Below are positions 1 to 8,818 of a stretch of 64,000 nt of DNA, piece by piece. Source of the stretch: Hypnocyclicus thermotrophus (lineage in GTDB: Bacteria > Fusobacteriota > Fusobacteriia > Fusobacteriales > Fusobacteriaceae); assembly GCF_004365575.1 (NCBI RefSeq), contig NZ_SOBG01000003.1, positions 196,997 through 260,996 of the forward strand, in the 5' to 3' direction. The position numbers and the translations under genes are program-made. Below the pieces are notes generated by a model, which saw only the letters and a program-made list of their open reading frames with translations, was not told the origin of the DNA and ran no database searches. The first letter of the stretch is position 1. Each line of letters begins with the position of its first letter.

Positions 1-65
1 CAATATCATCACTCTTGTCCCCAAGTCTAGACATTTTAAGTAGAAAATCTTCTGGCATCTTTATA

Positions 66-407
66 TCAACCTTTGCCAACCGTACTCACCACCTTTTTAG
101 CTAAAACCTCTATATACATTCCACGTCCTTTAACATTTTCTACAGAAATAATATCAAAACGTTCACCATCACACTCAATGAAATGCTCAGTTGTAACAGT
201 AACTCCTGGAATAATGCGGAATCTAAAAAGGTCTGTAGCCTCCGAAAAAGCAGCAAGGTTTGCCCAACGCACACTCCCATGCCTGCCTTCTCTATAAACA
301 CGAACATAAGCAAGTGATGTTTCTGCAGTAGTTGCAAACCCTTCGGCATCTTTTGTTTTTGTTATTGCTTTAATATCAGCAAAACTGTTCATCTTACCAA
401 AACTCAT
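66..407 (-). CDS. phage head-tail adaptor (head-tail joining protein family)
   Basis: The C-terminal sequence RFRIIPGVTVTTEHFIECDGERFDIISVENVKGRGMYIEVLAKK is typical of HK97-type head-tail joining proteins. The ORF track gives 66..524. An internal ATG at 407..405 lies 1 nt after the TGA of the upstream connector gene, so the shorter start is preferred. Confidence 0.55.
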   Translation of the reverse strand: MSFGKMNSFADIKAITKTKDAEGFATTAETSLAYVRVYREGRHGSVRWANLAAFSEATDLFRFRIIPGVTVTTEHFIECDGERFDIISVENVKGRGMYIEVLAKKVVSTVGKG

Positions 408-408
408 C

Positions 409-732
409 TCACACCTTCCAATCACGGTCAAGCCGCAAAAGAAGATTGACCGTATTCCAAACTTGCTGACTTGCAGAAACATTGTCTGCAAAAAATCCAC
501 CTGTAGAACCATCTCTTGATTCATAAAAATGGCTTACAAGCATAATTATTGCTTGTTCTGTAGTAGCAGGCATAACATTAGTTGTATAATAACCTTCTTC
601 AATATGCTGATAACTTTCCGCATAAGAAACGGCGGCAGTGATATAACTGTTAAGTAGCACATCATCTGCCGTATGGTCGATTATGAGATTTTGCTTTACT
701 TTATCAAGTAATCCTGTAGTTGCCATCACCAC
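409..732 (-). CDS. phage gp6-like head-tail connector protein
   Basis: A 107-aa protein with N-terminal LDKVKQNLIIDHTADDVLLNSYITAAVSYAESY resembles the gp6-like DNA-packaging/connector family. It sits directly after the major capsid gene. Confidence 0.6.
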   Translation of the reverse strand: MVMATTGLLDKVKQNLIIDHTADDVLLNSYITAAVSYAESYQHIEEGYYTTNVMPATTEQAIIMLVSHFYESRDGSTGGFFADNVSASQQVWNTVNLLLRLDRDWKV

Positions 733-743
733 CTCCTCCTTTG

Positions 744-974
744 TTATTCCGTTGCAATAAAACCAGCAGCTTTAAGTTTTGTAAGAAGTGCATTAAAGTC
801 TGTAACAAGACTTGATATATCCTCTGCTGTACTGTCTGCCTGCATTTCAGCTTTTGGAAGACCAGAAATTGCAGCACCCTCCTTAATTTCTAGAGTGCCA
901 CTGATTTCAAGAGTTCCACCAATAACGGTTTTTTCGCCGCCCTGTTCGGTATAGTTTTTAGCATTATAACTCAT
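744..974 (-). CDS. small phage head-module protein (hypothetical)
   Basis: A 76-aa ORF between the capsid and connector genes. It is co-oriented and tightly spaced, with no recognisable domain. Confidence 0.35.
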   Translation of the reverse strand: MSYNAKNYTEQGGEKTVIGGTLEISGTLEIKEGAAISGLPKAEMQADSTAEDISSLVTDFNALLTKLKAAGFIATE

Positions 975-987
975 AGGTCATTCCTCC

Positions 988-2199
988 TTAAGATTTCTGA
1001 GCAAGAACTTTAATAGCTTCTGAAAGAATAAGTTTCCCATCTACACGTTGAGATGCAAGGAACCCAACCTGTCCCGTTGCAGCATACAGTTCATTAAGTC
1101 TCTTAAAAGATCTACCTTGACGGTCTGCAATCCAATAATAACCAAAGTCACCAAATGCAATAGTCTTTGCTCCTGCTGCAATAGTAGGCATATAAGCAGA
1201 AGTTTTAACCGGTCTTCCCAGTAAAGTATCAGGAGCTCCTGTAGTAAGGGAAGGCTGCCATAAATACTGACCACTGCCATCTTTAAGCTTTCTAATAGCC
1301 TTTATAGTTGCATCATTAAGAATCCATATGGCATTCTTACGATAAGGTGCATTAAGGCTATAAAATAGATCAATTACCTCATCAGACGTAATAGCATTTT
1401 CTCCTTTTGTTGTGATACCTGTTTGGGCACCACCTGTTGTAGCAAGAATACCTAAAGGTTTTCCAGAACCATCACCAGTAAAGAATGCCTCCTCTTCTTT
1501 AGTTCCAATACGGCGAGCAAATTCCTTAGTAATATAGCTCTCAAGATCAAATACACTATCGTTTAAAAGTTCTTCGGACACCTTAATCATTGTGCCAAGC
1601 TTATAAGCGCCAATAGACACCTGACCAAAGGAATCATCACTCTCAGTGAAAGCACCTTCTTCATCAATCCAAGATGCACTACCTTTAGTTGCAACAACAG
1701 GAATCTTGCGGTCACCACTAGAAGTCTGGATAATCTTTGCAAGCTGACGAAAAATATTCTCTTCTTGGAGAGCCTCAACCAGTGTATGCTCAAACTCATC
1801 AGGAACAAGGTAGCCGCCCTCCGAATCAGTCCCAACCTGCAGAGCATTTATAGCAGAAGGGATAGGAGCCTTGGAACGCATTACATTCCAGAAACTCTTC
1901 GTGTATTCATTGGAGCCACGGCCGGTTTTGTTATCATCTTTGACATTCATAGGTTTTTCAGTAAGGGGTATATTCACAGGCTTATTAAGTTCTGCCTCAA
2001 TGGCATCTTTTCGCTCCATACGTTTGATTTCATTAGTGAGATCATCAAGGTCTTTTTCCATATTGGTATAAGTAGCATCATCTTCGCTACTTAAAACACC
2101 CTTTTCATTTCTGTGGGTATCAAGGAAACCTTCCATTGTATTCCACATCTTTGCACGTTTTTCACGCATTTCTGTAATAGTCATAGGTAATTCCTCCAT
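988..2199 (-). CDS. phage major capsid protein, HK97 family
   Basis: A 403-aa protein with a coiled-coil/scaffold-like N-terminus followed by an HK97-fold capsid region (GGYLVPDEFEHTLVEAL, SASWIDEEGAF). It lies immediately downstream of the portal-protease gene. Confidence 0.9.
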   Translation of the reverse strand: MEELPMTITEMREKRAKMWNTMEGFLDTHRNEKGVLSSEDDATYTNMEKDLDDLTNEIKRMERKDAIEAELNKPVNIPLTEKPMNVKDDNKTGRGSNEYTKSFWNVMRSKAPIPSAINALQVGTDSEGGYLVPDEFEHTLVEALQEENIFRQLAKIIQTSSGDRKIPVVATKGSASWIDEEGAFTESDDSFGQVSIGAYKLGTMIKVSEELLNDSVFDLESYITKEFARRIGTKEEEAFFTGDGSGKPLGILATTGGAQTGITTKGENAITSDEVIDLFYSLNAPYRKNAIWILNDATIKAIRKLKDGSGQYLWQPSLTTGAPDTLLGRPVKTSAYMPTIAAGAKTIAFGDFGYYWIADRQGRSFKRLNELYAATGQVGFLASQRVDGKLILSEAIKVLAQKS

Positions 2200-3819
2200 T
2201 TATAAATATTTTTTAATAGCAAAAAGACGCTCTTTAAGTTCTTCAACAGAGCGTCCTTCGGGTTTAGCAGTTTTCACTGCAGTTACGTGTGTAGTCTTTT
2301 CCGCAATTTTGTTAAGCAGATTGGTTGCAACTGCTTTTCTAGAAAATGCATATGCAGAAACGGCAATATCGGTTAATTTTTCATCTTTAAGCACATCATC
2401 TGCAAAGCCATATTCTATTGCCTTGTTTGCATTCATCCAAGTTTCCGAATCCATAAGATGCGAAAGTTTAGTGCGCGATTGACCAGTCTTGATTTCATAA
2501 GCATTGATAATACTTTCCTTAACTTCACCGAGCATATCCATAGCTTTTTGCATATCTTCGTGGTCACCAACTGCAATAGTTGCAGGATTATGAATCATCA
2601 TAAGTGCAGTAGGAGACATTAGAACATTTGTACCTGCCATAGCAATAACGGATGCAGCACTAGCAGCAATACCGTCAATCTTCACAGTTATATCCCCCTT
2701 ATAATCCATAAGCATAGAATAAATTTGGCTTGCTGTCGCATAACCGTTCATACGGCTTGCATAGTCACCTCTAAGCAGTCCCTCTACATTGAATTTAAAG
2801 AAGTATTTCTTTTTTTCTTCTGGAGTAAAAAGAATACGTGACAACGATTGCTCCCAACGGACTACCCAAGGGTCAAGTGTGTATTTTACAAATTCTAGTG
2901 ATTGTTGCTCAATATTAGAAAAACTCGACTTCTCCAAATCACCAACCATATGTGGTGGTACTCGGAAAATTCGAGCAATCTCATTTATCTGAAATTTTCT
3001 TGTTTCAAGAAACTGTGCCTGTTCGGGTGAAATTGATATCGGTGTATATTTCATTCCTTCTTCAAGCACAGCTATTTTGTTGGAATTAGCACTGCCTCCA
3101 AACTGTGTCTGCCAAGCCTCACGAACTTTGCTAGGGTCTTTAATTGTTCCTGGATGTTCAAGCACACCACTTGGTGCTGCCCCATTAGCAAAAAATTTAG
3201 CTCCATATTCTTCCGTGGCGATTGCAAGACCAATAGCATTTTTTGCCATTGCAATTGGCGAGTATCCAACAAGACCATCAAACCCAAGTCCAGGAATATG
3301 CAGAACATCAGAAGTACTAAGTTTGACTGTGACCCCTTTCATAGTTTGAGCTTCATCCGATGATCTGGTATATAGATAATACAGCTGACCGTTTTCATCT
3401 CTATCCACTGTCATCTTGTTTGGCATAAGCGGATAAAGTGCAACAATTTGACCCTTACCATTACGAATTATCTGTGCATAAGCATTACCCCATAAAAGCA
3501 AATGAGTCATAAGCGTTTCTCTAAACACAAATGAACTCATTTCAGGGTTAGGCTCTTCATGGAACAGATGATATAACGGATGGTCAAGTGCTTTTTCTTT
3601 GCCACCATCATCAGTATAGCGATAAAGGTGTAAAGGCAAACCCGCAACCGCCTCTGCTAAAATACGAACACAAGAATAAACCGCTGTCATCTGCATGGCA
3701 GAGCGTTCTGTCACAACTTTCCCAGAATTTGAACCTCCTAAAAAGAAGGCATAGCTTGAACCAACAGTTCTGTTAGTAGGCTTATCTCTTGACCTAAAAA
3801 GGCCGCTAAATATGCTCAT
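2200..3819 (-). CDS. phage portal protein (HK97 family) fused in frame to a C-terminal ClpP/S14-like prohead protease segment
   Basis: The N-terminal ~370 aa are portal-like. The C-terminal ~160 aa (DITVKIDGIAASAASVIAMAG...MMIHNP...ETWMNANKAIEYGFADDV) match the catalytic half of ClpP-type prohead proteases, with Ser and His motifs present. Confidence 0.8.
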   Translation of the reverse strand: MSIFSGLFRSRDKPTNRTVGSSYAFFLGGSNSGKVVTERSAMQMTAVYSCVRILAEAVAGLPLHLYRYTDDGGKEKALDHPLYHLFHEEPNPEMSSFVFRETLMTHLLLWGNAYAQIIRNGKGQIVALYPLMPNKMTVDRDENGQLYYLYTRSSDEAQTMKGVTVKLSTSDVLHIPGLGFDGLVGYSPIAMAKNAIGLAIATEEYGAKFFANGAAPSGVLEHPGTIKDPSKVREAWQTQFGGSANSNKIAVLEEGMKYTPISISPEQAQFLETRKFQINEIARIFRVPPHMVGDLEKSSFSNIEQQSLEFVKYTLDPWVVRWEQSLSRILFTPEEKKKYFFKFNVEGLLRGDYASRMNGYATASQIYSMLMDYKGDITVKIDGIAASAASVIAMAGTNVLMSPTALMMIHNPATIAVGDHEDMQKAMDMLGEVKESIINAYEIKTGQSRTKLSHLMDSETWMNANKAIEYGFADDVLKDEKLTDIAVSAYAFSRKAVATNLLNKIAEKTTHVTAVKTAKPEGRSVEELKERLFAIKKYL

Positions 3820-3836
3820 GTAAAATCACACTCCTT

Positions 3837-5438
3837 TCAAATAAACAAAATCCCTCGCTCGTCATATACCGAAGCACTCGTACCATTACCACAGCGGATT
3901 GCTCTGTCAAGGGCCATAACCGTTGCCACAGCACCATCAATTTTCTCTGTTGATTTTTCTTTATCCGGTTTTATATTACCTGCCGGGTCGGTACGGATGT
4001 AGATATTATCCATCATCCACCTTAAAACAGGATGCCCACCATGCGCCATTTTCTCTTCCAATACTAGTTTCATTAATTCTTTTGTTGGAGGGCTCATATC
4101 TTTAAATCCCTGTCCAAATGGAACAACGGTAAACCCCATTCCCTCAAGGTTTTGTACCATCTGAACAGCACCCCAACGGTCAAATGCGATTTCTCTTATG
4201 TTAAATTTCATGCCAAGTTCCTCTATGAATTTCTCTATAAACCCATAATGAACAACATTACCCTCGGTTGTTTTAAGAAAGTCTTGTTTTTCCCATACAT
4301 CGTAAGGAACGTGGTCACGTCTTACTCTTAAATCAAGGTTCTCCTCGGGTATCCAAAAATAAGGTAAAATATGATACTTGTCATCTTCATCTATTGGTGG
4401 GAATACTAGCACAAATGCCGTGATATCTATTGTAGAAGAAAGGTCAAGACCACCATAGCAGACTCTGCCTTTTAAATCTTCCTCTGATACAGCAAAGGCA
4501 CATTTATCCCACTTATCCATTGGCATCCAACGGATTGCTTGTTTTACCCATTGATTAAGCCTTAATTGTCTGAAAGAGTTTTCTTCAGCAGGGTTTTGCT
4601 TTGCAGATTCACAAGCAGCCTTTACCTTATCAATGCCAACTGTAATTCCAAGAGAGGGGTTTGCTTTCTTCCATACTTTTGGGTCAGTCCAATCATCCGA
4701 CTCATCTGCACCGTAAATAACTGGGTAAAATCTAGTGTCAATCTTTCTGCCTTCCAAGATGTCTTTTGCTTTTTGATGTGTTTCATAGCAAATAGATTTT
4801 GTATCCGTTCCAGCTGTAGTGATAAGAAAATACAATGGCTGCATTCTGGCATCACCAGAGCCTTTTGTCATTACATCAAAAAGTTTTCTATTGGGCTGCG
4901 TATGCAACTCATCAAATACAACCCCATGAATATTAAATCCGTGCTTGCTGTAGGCCTCAGCGGACAGCACTTGATAAAAACTATTAGTAGGCAAATATAT
5001 GATTCTTTTCTGCGATGCGAGGATTTTCACTCGCTTATTCAGTGCTGGACACATACGCACCATATCGGCTGCTACATCAAAAACAATGGTAGCTTGCCCA
5101 CGGTCAGCGGCACACCCATAAACTTCAGCACGTTCCTCACCATCGCCGCAGCAAAGTAATAATGCCACAGCTGCAGCAAGTTCTGATTTACCCATTTTTT
5201 TTGGTATCTCTATATATGCCGTATTAAACTGCCTGTAGCCATTTGGCTTTAAAATGCCAAAAATATCACGAATTATTCTCTCCTGCCAATCAATTAGTTC
5301 AAACGGCTTTCCTGCCCATATGCCTTTGGTATGACACAAACATTCTATAAAACCGACCGCATAATCTGCAGCATCCTTATCATAGTATGAATCCTTTGCT
5401 TTAAATCGAGTCGGTTTGTATTCCTTCAGCTTTTTGAT
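3837..5438 (-). CDS. phage terminase large subunit (Terminase_1-like)
   Basis: The ORF track gives 3837..5339, starting on TTG. The conserved N-terminal motif KDAADYAVGFIE is encoded in frame upstream of that TTG. The reading frame opens right after an in-frame TGA at 5447..5445. Only ATC (5438), CTG or ATA start codons are available after an AGGAGG box at 5453..5448. The C-terminal half is the nuclease domain. Confidence 0.85.
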   Translation of the reverse strand: MKKLKEYKPTRFKAKDSYYDKDAADYAVGFIECLCHTKGIWAGKPFELIDWQERIIRDIFGILKPNGYRQFNTAYIEIPKKMGKSELAAAVALLLCCGDGEERAEVYGCAADRGQATIVFDVAADMVRMCPALNKRVKILASQKRIIYLPTNSFYQVLSAEAYSKHGFNIHGVVFDELHTQPNRKLFDVMTKGSGDARMQPLYFLITTAGTDTKSICYETHQKAKDILEGRKIDTRFYPVIYGADESDDWTDPKVWKKANPSLGITVGIDKVKAACESAKQNPAEENSFRQLRLNQWVKQAIRWMPMDKWDKCAFAVSEEDLKGRVCYGGLDLSSTIDITAFVLVFPPIDEDDKYHILPYFWIPEENLDLRVRRDHVPYDVWEKQDFLKTTEGNVVHYGFIEKFIEELGMKFNIREIAFDRWGAVQMVQNLEGMGFTVVPFGQGFKDMSPPTKELMKLVLEEKMAHGGHPVLRWMMDNIYIRTDPAGNIKPDKEKSTEKIDGAVATVMALDRAIRCGNGTSASVYDERGILFI

Positions 5439-5549
5439 ATGCGGTCACCTCCTTTTTGTAAACATAAAAATACAGCCTTATTTCAGCTGTATTATGAGAG
5501 AAAGAGCCTTATAGCTCAATCCCTATCCATTTATATTTTATTTTGCAAA

Positions 5550-5778
5550 TTAGTAATTCTCACTGTGGAGAAGTACTTCGAGTGCACGCTGTGTTTCTTT
5601 ATCAACCGGCTTTATATCCCAACCTCTATCATAGTTGCATACAATTTCACCGTTACGCTTTAAAGTGAAGTTTGCTGACCCTACCTCCATCAATACCGAA
5701 CTTACTGCTTTCATCATAAACTTTCATCCAATAGTGGAAAATACTATTATAAACTTTCAAACTTCCTTCTTTCCACAT
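5550..5778 (-). pseudogene. small phage ORF interrupted by a +1 frameshift
   Basis: ATG at 5778..5776 opens MWKEGSLKVYNSIFHYWMKVYDESSKFGIDGGRVSKLHFK. The reading then continues in the +1 frame as RNGEIVCNYDRGWDIKPVDKETQRALEVLLHSENY, after an A-run (TTTAAAG). It is not in the ORF track because neither half reaches 60 aa. Confidence 0.35.
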
Positions 5779-5781
5779 AAC

Positions 5782-5991
5782 TTAATCCTCTTGACCGTTG
5801 ATTATGAATTTCACATACTTTTCCTTTTCATCTTCAATGAAATTCACCAGTTCATAAAAATCCATTTCATAGGCAATTCTTTGTACCGCATGGATATCAA
5901 ACATATTGGTAAGGCCTGTATCACGAACTGCAAGAATCTGTTCTTTAATTTTCTTATTCATTGTCAATCCTCCTACACCTATCTTCGCCAT
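5782..5991 (-). CDS. hypothetical small phage protein
   Basis: A 69-aa ORF, co-oriented and tightly packed with neighbouring phage genes. Confidence 0.45.
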   Translation of the reverse strand: MAKIGVGGLTMNKKIKEQILAVRDTGLTNMFDIHAVQRIAYEMDFYELVNFIEDEKEKYVKFIINGQED

Positions 5992-6181
5992 AGGCTACCG
6001 AAAGGCCACAACCATTGTCCCATTTCACCATGATTGAACCAATATCATCAACACCAATAACTGTTCCTTTTGTTCCTATTGGTGGTGCTTGTATGTCATC
6101 CATCTGTAGAAGTTCAACTCGACATCCTGCTGTATATTGCTTACGAAGGCTTTTTAGTTCCTCTTTAGAAATTACTCGCAT
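5954..6181 (-). CDS. DUF4314-like small phage protein
   Basis: The motif VELLQMDDIQAPPIGTKGTVIGVDDIGSIMVKWDNGCGLSVAYGEDRC matches the DUF4314 pattern seen in Clostridia phages. Confidence 0.55.
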   Translation of the reverse strand: MRVISKEELKSLRKQYTAGCRVELLQMDDIQAPPIGTKGTVIGVDDIGSIMVKWDNGCGLSVAYGEDRCRRIDNE

Positions 6182-6843
6182 GATTTCACCTCCTCATCCT
6201 TTTTGCCATTTTTAAATGCAGTTGACCCTGTTAATCTGTGAAGAAGAATCTTGCGTTCTTCCTTATACTCACTTCCAATAAAACCAAGCCTTAAAAGGAA
6301 ACAACGGAATGCATACTTCTCGTTATCGATATCTTTTTTCTTTACAGTTACCCTTTTTTGTTTCTTTGCTAAATTGCAAAGAGCCGTTATAAAATGCATA
6401 TAGGCCTTTACTTCATCTGGAGTAGGCTCTTCAGGAAACCAAGGAAAATCCAATCTATCATTAAGGATGTTAATTGGAAGTTCATTTACTCCGATTGCTT
6501 TTTTAATAAGATTGCCTTTTGCCTCAACTAGGGTGCGTAAGTTCTTAAGTGAACCATCGTCAAACCCTTCCAGTGGCATTTGAATTGCAATACCCTGTGG
6601 TTCTTCAGCTATATTCTCACATTCATAGCCTTCATCATAGAGATGTTCAAGCAAACGCTCTACTATTTCGCTGTCAGTTTTGTCTTCAAAGGCAAGGTTA
6701 CCATCTTTATCAATGGTAAAATTATCTACCCTGTAAGCAAATGTCGGAGCACCTAAATATTTCACATCGCACTCCAGCCATCTTGCAATAGCGTGAACTA
6801 GTTTTTTTCGTTCCTTGCCAGAAACATTATACTTAATAATCAT
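6172..6843 (-). CDS. hypothetical phage protein
   Basis: A 223-aa ORF with a conserved-looking C-terminus (AFRCFLLRLGFIGSEYKEERKILLHRL). No family assignment is possible from sequence alone. Confidence 0.45.
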   Translation of the reverse strand: MIIKYNVSGKERKKLVHAIARWLECDVKYLGAPTFAYRVDNFTIDKDGNLAFEDKTDSEIVERLLEHLYDEGYECENIAEEPQGIAIQMPLEGFDDGSLKNLRTLVEAKGNLIKKAIGVNELPINILNDRLDFPWFPEEPTPDEVKAYMHFITALCNLAKKQKRVTVKKKDIDNEKYAFRCFLLRLGFIGSEYKEERKILLHRLTGSTAFKNGKKDEEVKSCE

Positions 6844-6943
6844 AGTGTGAAACCTCCTTGTTTTTTGGTATGTACATATATCACTCTAAAGTATAGAAAT
6901 AGCAAGAGATTTCAACACTTTTTTAATGTAGAAAACAGATAAC

Positions 6944-8818
6944 TTATTTGCTATCAAATTGTGTAAACCACACAATTCCCGATAACACAAAACATACACA
7001 TGGAAGAGCCACACCATTGCCCCACATCTTATACTCTGCAGAATCTGAATGCGGTTTCTGTAACCATTTTCTAATTTGGTTATCCGTCTTTGGTTTTGTA
7101 TTCTTACCGATTGCTTTTGCATGAACTTTGAAGATTTCCTTCCACAGAATAATTTCATCCTGAGTTGGATTTTTTGTTTCAAGGTTACTGCACCACCATT
7201 TTGGAAATCCCTGTAAACTTGCACATTCGATTGGTGTCAGCCTTCGGACAATATAATCAAGTCCATCAACATCATTAATAAGTGGAGGATCTTTATAATC
7301 TGTAGCTACCAAAGTGTTTGCCAGTTCTTCTTTTGCAGAAGTGAAAAACGATGCCTTACTTGCACTGTAAGTAGGATGAGCAACAGCACCTGGTCCTTTT
7401 GCAACCATAGTCGGTTCAACCTCTTCATCTACTGCAAAACTATACTTTGCATTTTCCCCTTGATTAAATGCGGCACGATCAATCCCATAAGCAACTGCAT
7501 GATGATCTGCTGTATTAAGGGTAAATGAAACCTCCTCACCGATGCCATCACCTTGTGGTCCATTCTTGTCCTTTCTGCCAATCATAGATCCTTGCAGTGC
7601 ATAGCTTTCCACCACAGCCATACCACCTTGATTACAGGATGGGTTACTACCATTAGCATCAATAGTTCTTGATGTATCTGCCTCATAAATCCCACTGTTT
7701 GGATTATCTGATTTCATAGAATTACTGTCCTTGGAACAAATACCGTATACCTTTGGCACAAACAAAGTTTGATCATTATTACAACCAAGGGTGGCTGAAA
7801 TATCATCTTGTATCAATGCACCTTTCCCGCCACCCTCACAACCACATCGGATTTTCAGTGTCTTAGGTGTTTCTACTACAAAAGGTTGATTATTACCACC
7901 AGTACCAAAAGTTGAAAGGATGGTCTGTGATACATCAAGCGGCCCCTTATATCGGGAATCCTGTGAATGATTTTCAAATACAAGTGGGGGATGATGGCTT
8001 TCTGCACGAAGGGTACAGGTCACATCTTTCGTTAGATCCATTCTTTTTCCACCTTGGTCATTTAAGCAGACAGTGCTTGTTTTTTTAATGCCCTTGATAG
8101 CATCGGAGGTAGTTCTTTGCCACGAGCGGAAGCTCTCCGCAGAATACCCAGACAAGCCTTCTGACTTAAATAATATTTCTCCGGCACCCCTACCTGCAAA
8201 ATCTGCGACAAGGAAGATACGTTTTCTTCGTTGGGGAACTCCCCAGTATTGAGCATCAAGCACCCTCCATGCAACAGAGAATCTACTACAAGTTCCCTCA
8301 TCTGCCATGATTTCTCCTGCAGCTGACCATTTCTTAGGTTTAGGCACTGTAATACCGGCATCTTTGATTTTACAGATTTCTTCGAGGACTGCCCTAAAGT
8401 CTTCTCCTTTGTTTGAGGAGAATGCTCCAGGTACATTTTCCCATACGATATATCTTGGATATTTGCCATTGGTTGCACACCTCATTTCTTTTATAATTCT
8501 TATTGCCTCATAAAAAAGGCTTGAGCGATTACCATTTAAGCCTTTTCGCTTACCTGCAACGGACATATCTTGGCAGGGTGAGCCAAATGTAATAATATCC
8601 ACTGGTTCTATTTTGGCACCATCTAGTTTTGAAACATCACCGTAATGTTTTATAAAGGGTAGCCTTTTTGTTGTTACTCTAATAGGAAACGGCTCAATTT
8701 CCGATGCCCACACAGGGGTTATACCAGATATCAAGCCGCCTAATGGAAAGCCACCCGAACCGTCAAAAAGACTACCAAGAGTAAGTCCACTCATTGACTG
8801 AGGTTTATTTTGTTTCAT
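6944..8818 (-). CDS. DNA (cytosine-5)-methyltransferase with a very large variable region (phage-borne, orphan)
   Basis: Motif I FDGSGG, motif IV GSPCQ, motif VI ENV and motif VIII QRRKR are present. The C-terminus carries RRLTPIECASLQGFP. A variable region of ~330 aa lies between motifs VIII and IX. Confidence 0.9.
   Translation of the reverse strand: MKQNKPQSMSGLTLGSLFDGSGGFPLGGLISGITPVWASEIEPFPIRVTTKRLPFIKHYGDVSKLDGAKIEPVDIITFGSPCQDMSVAGKRKGLNGNRSSLFYEAIRIIKEMRCATNGKYPRYIVWENVPGAFSSNKGEDFRAVLEEICKIKDAGITVPKPKKWSAAGEIMADEGTCSRFSVAWRVLDAQYWGVPQRRKRIFLVADFAGRGAGEILFKSEGLSGYSAESFRSWQRTTSDAIKGIKKTSTVCLNDQGGKRMDLTKDVTCTLRAESHHPPLVFENHSQDSRYKGPLDVSQTILSTFGTGGNNQPFVVETPKTLKIRCGCEGGGKGALIQDDISATLGCNNDQTLFVPKVYGICSKDSNSMKSDNPNSGIYEADTSRTIDANGSNPSCNQGGMAVVESYALQGSMIGRKDKNGPQGDGIGEEVSFTLNTADHHAVAYGIDRAAFNQGENAKYSFAVDEEVEPTMVAKGPGAVAHPTYSASKASFFTSAKEELANTLVATDYKDPPLINDVDGLDYIVRRLTPIECASLQGFPKWWCSNLETKNPTQDEIILWKEIFKVHAKAIGKNTKPKTDNQIRKWLQKPHSDSAEYKMWGNGVALPCVCFVLSGIVWFTQFDSK

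Noticed and set aside
73-349. ORFs 73..297(+) and 140..349(-) inside the head-tail adaptor gene
   Set aside because: They lie antisense or out of frame within a gene that has clear phage-family motifs. They have no RBS and low-complexity translations.
1041-2094. ORFs 1041..1280, 1587..1847, 1765..2094 and 1871..2071 overlapping the major capsid gene
   Set aside because: They are alternative-frame or antisense reads of a well-supported 403-aa HK97 capsid ORF.
2789-3776. Short plus-strand ORFs inside the portal gene (2789..2992, 3077..3349, 3154..3363, 3588..3776) and minus-strand 3072..3308
   Set aside because: They are embedded in the portal coding region, which has conserved portal motifs.
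5439-6033. Plus-strand ORFs 5439..5663 and 5635..6033
   Set aside because: They run antisense to a co-oriented cluster of small minus-strand phage genes. One of those genes is the frameshifted gene described in the findings.
6886-7224. ORF 6886..7224 (-)
   Set aside because: It overlaps the 3' end of the C5-methyltransferase in another frame. It has a Gln/Arg-rich low-complexity translation.
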